From: a virus
Lineage: Duplodnaviria; Caudoviricetes
Reading direction: 5' to 3' (one strand)
Length of the DNA: 64,000 nt
Virus record (IMG/VR): IMGVR_UViG_3300033072_000232
Location: 1-64,000 of that record
Shown: piece after piece, positions 1-9,299 of the stretch
Layout: each line of letters begins with the position of its first letter
Numbering within the stretch: position 1 is the first letter of the stretch
The notes under the pieces: model-generated
The model's input: the letters and a program-made list of their open reading frames with translations, nothing else
Told to the model about the DNA's origin: nothing
Database searches by the model: none
Made by a program: the position numbers and the translations under genes

Positions 1-1
1 A

Positions 2-220
2 TCAGGTGAATTACTAGCTACATATACGCTTGACGGTCACGACTTGCTAGACTGCCGTATATACGCTGATAAGTACGCCGATGCCATGGGTGTTTGCATT
101 GATGATTCAGACGGCTATATCCCGACATGCTGTGGAGACATCAATGTTACATTGTCGGATAATCCATCGGGGCATGCCGTATGCTGGTGCTCTGAATCAT
201 TTTACTTTGAGGTGGAATAA
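2..220 (+). CDS. 5'-truncated hypothetical protein (runs off window start)
   Basis: Open frame SGELLATYTLDGHDLLDCRIY...ESFYFEVE ending TAA at 218-220; start lies outside the window. Confidence 0.55.
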   Translation, partial: SGELLATYTLDGHDLLDCRIYADKYADAMGVCIDDSDGYIPTCCGDINVTLSDNPSGHAVCWCSESFYFEVE

Positions 221-318
221 TATGAAAGCATATATTAACGGTGCAACATACTATCGGCAAGCTTGATACTGTAGGGGAACGTTTGATTGTTAGGATTGAC
301 CATGAGTGAAGGCATAAA

Positions 319-723
319 ATGAAATTCCACACAAACAATGCTAGCTTCGAATTACCCGATGATAAGGTTCTATTGAACAATGTATTATTCCCTAAGCATA
401 TCGACATTGATACAGCATACAATCCGTACAATGTAAAGGCTTGGATTATTGGCAATGAATACGGTACATTGTGCTTAGTATGGGCAAGCCATGATCAGGA
501 AGCATTCGATGAAGCTTGCGATGCTGGGTTAATTGATTCTATGATGGCTGAAAACCAAGATTACGATAATGCTTCATTGATTGCACTTGGCAATGCATCG
601 GAGTTATTTGATTTGTCTTACGCTTGGATACGTGAGGTTCAATGGAAAGCTGATCGGGACATACACTGCATCGTGCGGATTATTCGTGCAGTAGATAATC
701 AACAAACTACATTGGAGCGGTGA
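319..723 (+). CDS. Hypothetical phage protein
   Basis: 134 aa ORF, GAAGG SD-like sequence upstream, no recognised motif. Confidence 0.7.
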   Translation: MKFHTNNASFELPDDKVLLNNVLFPKHIDIDTAYNPYNVKAWIIGNEYGTLCLVWASHDQEAFDEACDAGLIDSMMAENQDYDNASLIALGNASELFDLSYAWIREVQWKADRDIHCIVRIIRAVDNQQTTLER

Positions 724-727
724 TTGT

Positions 728-922
728 ATGATGGCAATACCAAGGCACTCTATGGCCCTATGGCTGCGTTGCAAGCACCAGCACCTTATCAGGGCATCAA
801 CCACAGCATATAAACGCTTCATGGTGGTTCTTGTCCTAGGTGCTTACCTTACATACTGTGCGTTGTGGTGCACGGTGATTGCTAGTCCTATGCTTTGGCT
901 AGCTTGGATGATGTGGAGGTGA
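728..922 (+). CDS. Small putative membrane protein
   Basis: 64 aa, hydrophobic C-terminal half (FMVVLVLGAYLTYCALWCTVIASPMLWLAW). Confidence 0.5.
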   Translation: MMAIPRHSMALWLRCKHQHLIRASTTAYKRFMVVLVLGAYLTYCALWCTVIASPMLWLAWMMWR

Positions 923-965
923 CCTGATAGACTGCACCATTATGGTGCTTACATCATGAAAAATA

Positions 966-999
966 ACCCTAGGCTTACCCTAGGCTTACCCTAGGGCTT
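966..999. repeat. Tandem 11-bp repeat ACCCTAGGCTT x3 (third copy has an extra G)
   Basis: Read directly: accctaggctt accctaggctt accctagggctt. Confidence 0.9.
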
Positions 1000-1145
1000 A
1001 CTTTATGTAATAACATGAAGGGACTACTATTACATTATGTAAGGTTCTGAGGTCATTTCAGGTGTACTTTAGTTCAAATACGATAGCAACATGACATACC
1101 GACGATAAAATCACCGTCAAAACACCTCGATTTACCCTCAGATAT

Positions 1146-1170
1146 AACCCCGACTAACCCTCGGGGTTTT
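1146..1170 (+). terminator. Rho-independent terminator
   Basis: AACCCCGA-ctaaccc-TCGGGGTT followed by a T run. Confidence 0.7.
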
Positions 1171-1933
1171 CTCGTTATAACATCAGGATGTGACCAGCAG
1201 TCAACCCAAAGTTATAGCATTGAAACCACCACTAGCAACGCTTAGAATGCCCTAGAATCACCTAGATTTAACCCTTGGATATTTCAGAATTGTAGCGGAG
1301 AATGAATGGACGGGATGTGGGGTCTATCAAGCACCAATTCCATCCAGCAAGAGAATATCCATAAAACACCGTAGATTATCACCAACAATAAGTGCTCAAT
1401 AATTAAGCAATGTCATACCAAAGCTGTAGCTTGAGATATTTCCCATGCTAATATACCTCTGGAATGCACCAGAACAGCCTGCAAGGAATAATTTTAAGGA
1501 AGTAATACCAACGTATCAAACAAAGGAATAAGCTGTTGTAGCTTGTTTAAAGCCTTCTGGTAATCTTAGTACTCCTCAAGGTAAAACGAAGGTAACACAA
1601 AGAAAGGTGCTGTAGATATTTCTAAGATGACACCATAACTAACACAACAATATGACATACTAGAGTTAGTTTATTTGTTATGATGTAGTAAGGAAGTAAA
1701 TATAGAACTACACAAACAAGATATTTCTATACATATAGAATTACTCTAAAATTATTCATAGATAGTAGATGTTTCTTGAATATTAAACTTCTATAAATAA
1801 GGAAAACCTCAGGTACTCCTGGAATTTATCCAGAAGTATTCTGAGGTTAGGTAGTGTTGTTTATGTAGACTAAGTTTATATAGTCTTTTATAGACTTTAG
1901 TATAGATATGTAAAAAAGTCTATAAAAACTTCC

Positions 1934-2617
1934 TTAGTAAGCACAATCATCAAAATCTTCAATGAAATCAACAATATATGGTTTGGATGCAAACATTTGT
2001 GTTTCTTGCTGTTGGTTACGTTTAGTCAGTATAGATGAAGTCCTACCAAGAGACTCCAACCAGTTGTTTAGCTTACTCGTGCTAGCACCATACTGACTTA
2101 CACTAGCTGATGTAAGGCCAACCATAGCAGACTTTATCTGTCCAATAGAAGGCATTAACTTCAACATGTCCTCATCACAGTGTTGTGTAAGCAAGTAGTG
2201 TAGTTCGGTTGATTCTTCAGTTGTCCTATCTTCAAGCATTAAGGAATTTTCTACTATTCTTTGTGTCATGAAGTTAGCAAAATTAGGATGCATCCAATTG
2301 GGTCTTACAATATTTTCTTTATTGTTTGCTCTTACCCTACGGACAGCAGTTTGCATCTTGTTAGAAAATTCATGTGCTGGTAGTGAGTATAGATCAAATT
2401 CATTTGCAATCTCTGCTTTACTAAGTCCTTGTTTACTCTTGCTCTTAGAATACATCTTTTCATATTTCTCAGTAGTGCCTAAACTTTCAGCAGTAAGGTG
2501 TTTCTTACACCAACCTATACTTACACCAAGTAACGTGTGGATTTCTTGATTACTCTTTCCTTCTAGTTTTAATTTCTTAGCTTCTTCTATTGTTTGTGTA
2601 TCAATCTTCTTTGGCAT
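1934..2617 (-). CDS. N-terminal helix-turn-helix protein
   Basis: AKKLKLEGKSNQEIHTLLGVSIGWCKKHL is HTH-like. Confidence 0.6.
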   Translation of the reverse strand: MPKKIDTQTIEEAKKLKLEGKSNQEIHTLLGVSIGWCKKHLTAESLGTTEKYEKMYSKSKSKQGLSKAEIANEFDLYSLPAHEFSNKMQTAVRRVRANNKENIVRPNWMHPNFANFMTQRIVENSLMLEDRTTEESTELHYLLTQHCDEDMLKLMPSIGQIKSAMVGLTSASVSQYGASTSKLNNWLESLGRTSSILTKRNQQQETQMFASKPYIVDFIEDFDDCAY

Positions 2618-3194
2618 TTAATCTTTCTATTACAGTGTCTGTTAATCTCAGTATACCCTCCTCGTATTTAAAGATATAATTAAAATACCTCAGCCTATCG
2701 GAAGTTTTATCTTTACCTCTGAGTGGTTCAACTATTCTATGCTTTACTCTTACACCTTTTATCAGACCTTGAACCTTGTATGTATCAATAAAATCTAGTA
2801 CCTGATTATGAAATCTTAATAGAATTTGACTTCTTGTGCCCAATCCTATAATTATTTTCAGTAGCTTTTCTTTTAGAAGTTTACCTTCATACATACTAGC
2901 TTTTCTTACATCAGAAGATGTGAATTGTCTATTGAGTCTAGGTTTATGAAGTAGAATCAATGCTTGTTCGATTTCAATAGATTCTTCTTTCGTTAGATTT
3001 ATGTGAAGTAGTTTTATATTTACTTTATCACCGTTGAAATGCATTCTGTTTAACTCATACACATGACTACAACCAGATTCACAATGCTTATGCCTATTGT
3101 TCCTACCTGAACCTATGTATATGATTTTAGAGTTCTCATCCATTACACAGTAAACTTCATGAGAATCAACTTGTTTGCTTTCATACTTCCTCAT
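2601..3194 (-). CDS. GIY-YIG-like endonuclease
   Basis: EVYCV...IIYIGSG..NR...LTKEESIEIEQALI..HKPRLN matches the GIY-YIG Y/Y-G, R, E, N pattern. Confidence 0.7.
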   Translation of the reverse strand: MRKYESKQVDSHEVYCVMDENSKIIYIGSGRNNRHKHCESGCSHVYELNRMHFNGDKVNIKLLHINLTKEESIEIEQALILLHKPRLNRQFTSSDVRKASMYEGKLLKEKLLKIIIGLGTRSQILLRFHNQVLDFIDTYKVQGLIKGVRVKHRIVEPLRGKDKTSDRLRYFNYIFKYEEGILRLTDTVIERLNAKED

Positions 3195-3372
3195 TATGTC
3201 TCTCTACTACATACTGCATTAAAGCCTTACGCTTTTGCTCATCAGGTTTAATCTTTACTACATTATATAACCAGCTAACCGAACAACCTAGAAATTCAGA
3301 TATTTCTGTTGCACTGAACCCATGTTCACGTAGTGCGATAGCATAATCTTTGTTGTATTTAATTTCAAACAT
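3181..3372 (-). CDS. Small HTH protein (likely start ATG 3372, MFEIKY)
   Basis: AIALREHGFSATEISEFLGCSVSWLY; GGAGG SD precedes ATG 3372. Confidence 0.65.
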   Translation of the reverse strand: MFEIKYNKDYAIALREHGFSATEISEFLGCSVSWLYNVVKIKPDEQKRKALMQYVVERHNEEV

Positions 3373-3403
3373 ACTTCCTCCTATTGTTAATGTATGAATA
3401 TCT

Positions 3404-3436
3404 ATTATAACATTACTTACAATAGATAACAAGTAA
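3404..3436 (-). promoter_or_regulatory. Sigma70-type promoter with extended -10
   Basis: TTAC-TTGTTA-17 nt (ending TGT)-TATAAT on the minus strand. Confidence 0.65.
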
Positions 3437-3437
3437 A

Positions 3438-3671
3438 TTATTCTATGATCTCCTCCAAATCATATTCACAACCACAAGCAGTACATAGTAAATCATCTAA
3501 GAATTCTTCATTACATTCTTCTGCTGTCAAATCGTTTGTGTTAATCCTTAGTTTAGCTTCTGTTTCACAATCCATACATACCCTTGGTAAGAAATGAATA
3601 AGTACTTCTTGCTTTGTGTTAAACTCAAGCTCATACCCAGGGTCAGATAGTTTAGTAAATAAATATTTCAT
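3438..3671 (-). CDS. Hypothetical protein with two CxxC/CxxCxC motifs
   Basis: CMDC and CTACGC; GGAG SD. Confidence 0.65.
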   Translation of the reverse strand: MKYLFTKLSDPGYELEFNTKQEVLIHFLPRVCMDCETEAKLRINTNDLTAEECNEEFLDDLLCTACGCEYDLEEIIE

Positions 3672-3680
3672 TGTTACTCC

Positions 3681-4016
3681 TTAATTAATAATCCAAATAA
3701 ATAAACTAATCCATAAATACATAAAGAATATAATCACACCGTAAATAGATACCTCAAGCATCTTATTTACAGGATATTGCTTATAGAATAATTTCCTTTG
3801 TTCCTTGATTAGTGCTTCTACATTACTTTTCAACCAAGATTCATCGGGTGCTTTTACTTCATGTACTACTCCATTGATAGTAATATTTTGTTCCCATAGG
3901 TAATAAGTAATAACACCACGTCTGCTACGTCCTGTTATTTTATTCTTAATATCACCGTAAGATACTGAAAATACTGGTTTAATATCTGTGGTAGTCATGT
4001 TGTTTATAATACCCAA
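3681..4016 (-). CDS. Hypothetical protein with C-terminal TM helix
   Basis: Ends VSIYGVIIFFMYLWISLFIWIIN. Confidence 0.6.
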   Translation of the reverse strand: MGIINNMTTTDIKPVFSVSYGDIKNKITGRSRRGVITYYLWEQNITINGVVHEVKAPDESWLKSNVEALIKEQRKLFYKQYPVNKMLEVSIYGVIIFFMYLWISLFIWIIN

Positions 4017-4465
4017 AGTTCTTTAGTAAATTTATCCATAGGATCACACGATTGAATGATACTAAGGATAACCTCTAGATTACCTCCACCTAATCCAGCA
4101 CCAATAGCAGGGAATCGTACTGGAAGGTTCTGCATACTTGCTGATTCTAATCCTTGGAATAGCTTAGTAAAGCCTTCATGAATAGCGTCATAGCTAACGT
4201 ACTTCTTACTATCCTTACCATAGTATTGTTGTGTAATCATGTTTACGATGACTAGGTCTTGGTATACGTAAGGTCTTACTGAAGAATAAGTACCTAGCTT
4301 TAAACCAGAAGAGAATACATGTTCTTTGTAGACAGCATAAGCACTAGGATACATTTCTTTGATTTGTTTAGCAATCCCTGAACCCATCACTCCTTGTGCA
4401 TTACACCCATGTACAATAATACCTGAAGTATTACTTAGGATATTTCCTTGTTTCTTGTGAATCAT
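4004..4465 (-). CDS. Macro domain protein (Poa1p/TARG1-like ADP-ribose processing fold)
   Basis: GNIL...IIVHGCNAQGVMGSGIAKQIK..YP and FPAIGAGLGGG are macro-domain signatures. Confidence 0.85.
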   Translation of the reverse strand: MIHKKQGNILSNTSGIIVHGCNAQGVMGSGIAKQIKEMYPSAYAVYKEHVFSSGLKLGTYSSVRPYVYQDLVIVNMITQQYYGKDSKKYVSYDAIHEGFTKLFQGLESASMQNLPVRFPAIGAGLGGGNLEVILSIIQSCDPMDKFTKELWVL

Positions 4466-5230
4466 TTACTGTTTACCTTTCAAAGTTTCTTCAATACGTT
4501 TCTTAGCTATTTCAAAATAATTATCATCTTGCTCAATACCTATAAAGTTACGATTAGTATTTACGCAAGCTACTCCTGTAGTACCTGAACCCATTGTGAA
4601 GTCCAATACGGTTTCACCTTCATTTGTGTAGGTTTTGATTAAGTATTCCATCAAAGAAACTGGCTTTTGTGTAGGGTGAGTAGTTTGTAAATCTTGATTA
4701 AATTTGATAGTTCGTTTAGGATACCCTGTTGTTTTTTGATTATACAATCTTCCATTATTTAAAGAAGTACCATGCTCTTTACCAATCTTTCCTCCTGTAT
4801 TGACGTTCTTAGCTGTTCTGTTGATTTCAATCAACCCTTGAGGGTAATATTTCATTGGGTTCTTTGTTCCGTTGTTTACACCCCCTGTAGAGAACACTAG
4901 AATATCTTCGATATTATTAAGAGGTACGAATTTTGCTGCAAAAAAGTTACTAGGACGTTCTTTTTCCCACAACCAACTGCATTTATACATTTCTAGATTG
5001 CTACTGACCAGCACGGATGTAAATGGTTGACTTCCGAATAGCACAATAGCACTATTATGTTTTGTAATTCTTTTTAATTGGTCCCACATAGGCTCCAGAG
5101 GAATAACACTATCCCATTTACATGCGGTAGTCCCATATGGTGGATCACAGATAATAGCATCTACACTACCATCGGGAATATCTTTCATTTTTTCTAAGCA
5201 GTCACCTTTAATCAAATTTACTTTACTCAT
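4466..5230 (-). CDS. DNA N6-adenine/N4-cytosine methyltransferase, beta class
   Basis: Motif IV DPPY precedes HPTQKP and motif I VLDFTMGSGTTG. Confidence 0.92.
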   Translation of the reverse strand: MSKVNLIKGDCLEKMKDIPDGSVDAIICDPPYGTTACKWDSVIPLEPMWDQLKRITKHNSAIVLFGSQPFTSVLVSSNLEMYKCSWLWEKERPSNFFAAKFVPLNNIEDILVFSTGGVNNGTKNPMKYYPQGLIEINRTAKNVNTGGKIGKEHGTSLNNGRLYNQKTTGYPKRTIKFNQDLQTTHPTQKPVSLMEYLIKTYTNEGETVLDFTMGSGTTGVACVNTNRNFIGIEQDDNYFEIAKKRIEETLKGKQ

Positions 5231-5463
5231 ACATTTCCTTTCTTAAATAACCTAGAATTAAACCACCTACGAATAGCGTAACCTCTTACTATGGATATTG
5301 CTGTAAATACAATACCCATCAGAAACGCTTGTGAAGTATTAATATCAAAACCAAACCAAGGTAGTACTACAAGATTAGCACAGAAGTTAATACAAAAGCC
5401 TATGGTTGTATTTAGTATTGATTCGTATAAAGAACTTAGTCTGGTTTGCATGTTTACTTCCAA
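5227..5463 (-). CDS. Small two-TM phage membrane protein
   Basis: ESILNTTIGFCINF...ISIVRGYAIRRWFN, a familiar phage family often next to methylases. Confidence 0.7.
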   Translation of the reverse strand: MEVNMQTRLSSLYESILNTTIGFCINFCANLVVLPWFGFDINTSQAFLMGIVFTAISIVRGYAIRRWFNSRLFKKGNV

Positions 5464-5663
5464 ATAACATCACCAGCAAGTTCTTGCAGATTAGCAAGCA
5501 TTCCCGCACCTATTTCGTTACAATGAGGGTTCAATTGTAACACCTTAATCGCTAGTTCTTCTTGTTGTTTTATGATTTGCACTAAATCTTCGATTACAGA
5601 TTGAATGTGTCTTGGTGAACACTCAGAGGATATGTACTTGGCATCTAGTTTCTTAGGGTTCAT
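5454..5663 (-). CDS. Hypothetical protein (likely start ATG 5663, MNPKKL)
   Basis: AAGGAA SD before ATG 5663; the longer ORF-track start runs through the divergent promoter region. Confidence 0.55.
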   Translation of the reverse strand: MNPKKLDAKYISSECSPRHIQSVIEDLVQIIKQQEELAIKVLQLNPHCNEIGAGMLANLQELAGDVIWK

Positions 5664-5785
5664 GTTAAATTCCTTTCTACTTGCTCTATTGCTATCTAAA
5701 ATAATCATGCTATAATTAAGACATGATCTGACATACCAAGTATACCACGGTATCAGAAGTTTTACTAACACAAGAAAGGATTTAT

Positions 5786-6127
5786 ATGAATACAGCAAGT
5801 AACCCTACAGAACAAACAATCACTAGCTATCAATGTTATAGCTATCAATGTTATAGCTATGCAGAGGTGTTTGAGAAGATTCAGCCTCTACTGAAGGATG
5901 GTTTGAAGTTTGATCTAGAGACGAACGTAGGTTTCCCGCAGCAGATCGGGACTGTGTTTACGTTTACTGTGATTGAAGCTGAACCTCAGAGTATGGCACC
6001 TAGTGACACCTATTTAGATGCTTTTGACGATGTTACCGAAGATGAAGCAGAGCAACTCCTTCAGGCAATTGAACAGATTCCTGGAGTTAAAATCTCTAAG
6101 ACACGTCGAGCTAAATTAGAAGGTTAA
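5786..6127 (+). CDS. Hypothetical protein with internal 15-bp duplication
   Basis: 113 aa, AAGGA SD; SYQCY SYQCY SY repeat. Confidence 0.7.
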   Translation: MNTASNPTEQTITSYQCYSYQCYSYAEVFEKIQPLLKDGLKFDLETNVGFPQQIGTVFTFTVIEAEPQSMAPSDTYLDAFDDVTEDEAEQLLQAIEQIPGVKISKTRRAKLEG

Positions 6128-6128
6128 T

Positions 6129-6440
6129 ATGAAATACAAAAAGAAACCTGTTGTTATTGATGCCTTACAACTTACTAAAGAAAGCATCAAAGAAGTATAC
6201 GAATTTATCCATGATGGTAAACCTGTTGAACTAACTTCACAAATTGCTCATGATAAATGGGAAGTCTACGAATCATATGTTATTACTGACGGAATGACAA
6301 TTGGTACTTTAGAAGATGGAATTGACGGTAGAGCAAAGCATGTTGCATCAATTGGTGATTTTATCATCAAAGGAATCGCTGGTGAATTCTATCCATGTAA
6401 ACCTGATATTTTCTATATGACTTATGAGATTGCTGAATAA
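6129..6440 (+). CDS. Conserved phage hypothetical protein
   Basis: MKYKKKPVVIDA...GDFIIKG..GEFYPCKPDIF..TYE, a widespread phage family. Confidence 0.8.
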   Translation: MKYKKKPVVIDALQLTKESIKEVYEFIHDGKPVELTSQIAHDKWEVYESYVITDGMTIGTLEDGIDGRAKHVASIGDFIIKGIAGEFYPCKPDIFYMTYEIAE

Positions 6441-6481
6441 TCTTGGCTAGAAAACTTAATATCCCAAATCTAAGGAGTAAT

Positions 6482-7237
6482 ATGCAAACTAAACGTATGA
6501 CACGCCGTGATAAGTTACAAGAAACGCTACCTGTAGTTGGTCGTAAGACTAAAGATAAGTTCAGGGAACAGAATCAACCTGCACCTATTGTTGCAATGAC
6601 TGAGAAACAGAAACAATATCTTGCAATGCTAAACGATCCAAATATTCAGATGATTGTGTGTACTGGTATTTTTGGTTGCGGTAAGTCATATTTGAGTGCT
6701 AGCGTAGCTGCTGATAAATACCGCAAGAATGAGATTTCTAAAATTATTGTAGCAAGACCGTATGTACAGACGGGTAAGTCAGCAGGTGCTAAACCCGGTA
6801 CTGCTTTACAGAAGCTATATCCATATGTCCGTAATGTACTTGATCCTATCAAACAACGTTTAGGTAAAGCACAGTTTGAGATTGCACTAGATGATGGTGA
6901 ACGAGGAAGTATTGAAGTACAAGAACTTGAGTCCATACGTGGTCGCAGCTTTGACGAACCATCATTCCTCCTAATCGAGGAAAGTCAACAGAGTACACCT
7001 GAAGAAATGTTAGCAATCATTACCCGCATTAGTGATAACTGCAAACTTGTGGTATCCGGTGATTTAAACCAACGTGATATTAAGGGTGAGTCTGGATTGA
7101 AATGGTTACTTGAGTTTGTTAAACGTCATAATATTCGCAACGTAGGTGTTATCAGTTTTGACTCTCCTGCCGATGTTGTTCGTGGTGGACTAGTCAGAGA
7201 AATAGCTTTTGGTCTTGTACGGGACAATATTTACTGA
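6482..7237 (+). CDS. phoH: PhoH-like ATPase
   Basis: Walker A GIFGCGKS, ARP, RGRSF, EESQ, GDLNQ; AAGGAG SD before ATG 6482. Confidence 0.92.
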   Translation: MQTKRMTRRDKLQETLPVVGRKTKDKFREQNQPAPIVAMTEKQKQYLAMLNDPNIQMIVCTGIFGCGKSYLSASVAADKYRKNEISKIIVARPYVQTGKSAGAKPGTALQKLYPYVRNVLDPIKQRLGKAQFEIALDDGERGSIEVQELESIRGRSFDEPSFLLIEESQQSTPEEMLAIITRISDNCKLVVSGDLNQRDIKGESGLKWLLEFVKRHNIRNVGVISFDSPADVVRGGLVREIAFGLVRDNIY

Positions 7238-7246
7238 GGAGATAAC

Positions 7247-7420
7247 ATGCAAGACCAACAATTAGATTTAAACTACTGCAAATTAGCAAGGGAGTTTGAG
7301 AAGATGAAAGAAGCAATGGGATTTCTACAAGCTCAAGTACAATCACTTACACATAGAATGAATGGATTATCAGATAAAGTAAGTGATCAAGCTGTTGTAA
7401 TCGGTAAGTTAATTGATTAA
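7247..7420 (+). CDS. Small coiled-coil protein (57 aa, not in ORF track)
   Basis: GAGGAG SD, ATG 7247 to TAA 7420; MQDQQLDLNYCKLAREFEKMKEAMGFLQAQV. Confidence 0.65.
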   Translation: MQDQQLDLNYCKLAREFEKMKEAMGFLQAQVQSLTHRMNGLSDKVSDQAVVIGKLID

Positions 7421-7429
7421 GGAATAAAC

Positions 7430-8149
7430 ATGAATTTAACAAAAACACACTCACTCAGTAACAACAAATTATTCTACAGTAAACCTAGAGTAGACTTAGA
7501 AGAAGATTCTTTAGAATTACCTTCAGAACAATACTGCGGGTATTACTACGAACAACGAGCATTAACAAAACTAACAGTACCTATTGATGGTGAAGTCAAG
7601 GATGCTGCTTACTACAGACATGTGGTAAACAAGATTTCAGAGCTAGGTGAGGGTGATGTAGTAGTATTCAAAATTAATACACCCGGTGGTGATCTAAGGG
7701 GCTTGGTGGAGCTTCTACATGCTATTCATAACACAGAAGCAGAGACTGTAGCTGAAGTAGTAGGCGATGCATATAGTGCTGGTAGTCTGCTTGCACTTGC
7801 CTGTGATTCTATTACTATTGGTAAGTACGCTAACTTCTTGTGTCATTCCTGTTCGTTTGGTAGCAGAGGCAAATCTACAGATGTACAACGGCATGTAAGT
7901 CACTTGTCTAAATACGCTGAAGATATTTTCCGTGAATGCTATGAGTACTTTCTTTCTGATGAAGAAATTGAAGATGTTCTAGAAGGGAAAGAACTGTATC
8001 TTGACTATGAGGAAATCAATGAGCGTCTAGAACACAAGTATAAGATTCTACAGGAACTACAAGAAGCTGAAGAACAAGGCTGTTGTGGTAATCCAGAGGG
8101 TTGTGACGATATATGCAATTGTCCATGTGCTAAGGATTGTGATGATTAA
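7430..8149 (+). CDS. ClpP-like serine protease
   Basis: INTPGG, AYSAGSLLALACD (Ser nucleophile), FLCHSCS (His). Confidence 0.85.
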   Translation: MNLTKTHSLSNNKLFYSKPRVDLEEDSLELPSEQYCGYYYEQRALTKLTVPIDGEVKDAAYYRHVVNKISELGEGDVVVFKINTPGGDLRGLVELLHAIHNTEAETVAEVVGDAYSAGSLLALACDSITIGKYANFLCHSCSFGSRGKSTDVQRHVSHLSKYAEDIFRECYEYFLSDEEIEDVLEGKELYLDYEEINERLEHKYKILQELQEAEEQGCCGNPEGCDDICNCPCAKDCDD

Positions 8150-8178
8150 ACGATAAGAAAGGAATAACGGGTGAACAT

Positions 8179-8679
8179 ATGAATAATAATCAAATACTAT
8201 CTGAGAACATCCGTTACGATCATCTTACTGGATATTTGTACTACAAGAAAAACAACAAAAGGTTAGTACCTAATGAAGATGGTTACATATTTTACTCACA
8301 AGCTAAACCTACAAAACTTCTGATTAAAGCAAAGGCAAGTAAAGTATGTTGCATGCTTGCTTTCGGCAAACCTATTAGGCAAGATCAGAAAGTACTTCAT
8401 AGAAATCTAAATGAAGAAGATTGCAGGTTGTGTAATCTATCTGTAGTTTCCCGCAAGGTGTACCTTTTGGTAAATGAAGCTAGGCTTAATCTTGAGTCTA
8501 GGTTAAAGTTAGTACCTCATGAAGAAGATCAACATACTTACTGGTTGATACATCGCAATGAAGGTGCTGATAAGAAAGAAATGATCCATGATATTGTAGT
8601 AGCTCAACGTAGATTGCTGAAGATGCAATTGAAGTACGCTAAAATTTTAAGCAAGTATTGTGTGTTCGATGAAGAATGA
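8179..8679 (+). CDS. Degenerate HNH-fold protein
   Basis: RYDHLTGYLYY...EDGYI...KVLHRNLNEEDCRLCNL follows HNH_3 spacing but departs from the usual HR and DHxDG..NN residues. Confidence 0.5.
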   Translation: MNNNQILSENIRYDHLTGYLYYKKNNKRLVPNEDGYIFYSQAKPTKLLIKAKASKVCCMLAFGKPIRQDQKVLHRNLNEEDCRLCNLSVVSRKVYLLVNEARLNLESRLKLVPHEEDQHTYWLIHRNEGADKKEMIHDIVVAQRRLLKMQLKYAKILSKYCVFDEE

Positions 8680-8747
8680 ATTAGAACACTGAACATATTT
8701 GAAGAGGAATAAACAAATTGTATGCTTGTTTGATGAAGATGAAATAC

Positions 8748-8780
8748 TTACTTGAATTTAATATTTATGTATGTTAAAAT
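8748..8780 (+). promoter_or_regulatory. Promoter of the TTACTTGA-17-TGnTAAAAT family
   Basis: TTAC TTGAAT 17 nt TAAAAT with TG at the extended -10. Confidence 0.7.
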
Positions 8781-8985
8781 AAACCTACCTGAATATTACT
8801 GAGTAAAAAGTAAACGTCTTTCTTTGCTCCTTTCTGAAGTACTAAACTTGTGTATTACTTCGTAGTCACTCCAGGTAATAAATCTGTTAGATATTTGGTT
8901 TGGAAGATAACCTGATTTGCTAACGCTGGAATAGTAACCAGCACTTATTCCAATAACATAACCATAATAACAATAAAGGAAAATC

Positions 8986-9177
8986 ATGATCTGTGTAGCA
9001 TGTGGAGATTATTTTAAACAAGACGCTTATAACAAAACAAATATGTGTTGCAATTGTTTGGATACAATAGTTGAAGACGATCCAGATGCTGAATTAGAGA
9101 TTAGAACCTTACTTAATCCTAACGGTAGAGTAAGGGCTAGTATCTTTGATGATGAAGATGAAGGCTATGGTTTGTAA
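8986..9177 (+). CDS. Small zinc-finger-like protein
   Basis: CVAC...CCNC; AAGGA SD. Confidence 0.65.
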   Translation: MICVACGDYFKQDAYNKTNMCCNCLDTIVEDDPDAELEIRTLLNPNGRVRASIFDDEDEGYGL

Positions 9178-9210
9178 AGTGCATGTTGAAATAAACGTGC
9201 AAGTTTAAAT

Positions 9211-9295
9211 GGAAGTTTGGCAGAGCGGTTGAATGCACCTGACTGTAAATCAGGCTCCTAAAGACACGGTGGTTCGAATCCATCAGCTTCCACCA
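9211..9295 (+). tRNA. tRNA-Tyr (GUA)
   Basis: Acceptor GGAAGTT/AGCTTCC, anticodon arm CCTGA-CTGTAAA-TCAGG, long variable arm, GGTTCGAATCC, encoded CCA. Confidence 0.95.
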
Positions 9296-9299
9296 AGAA

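Noticed and set aside
147-822. Minus-strand ORFs 147-455 and 604-822, and + ORF 81-266
   Set aside because: Shadow or alternate frames of better-supported + strand genes; no SD or motif
2268-2549. + strand ORF of 93 aa
   Set aside because: Antisense to the HTH gene 1934-2617
8680-8745. Weak echoes of the end of gene 8179-8679 (…TTTGATGAAGA…)
   Set aside because: Similarity too short and AT-rich to separate from chance
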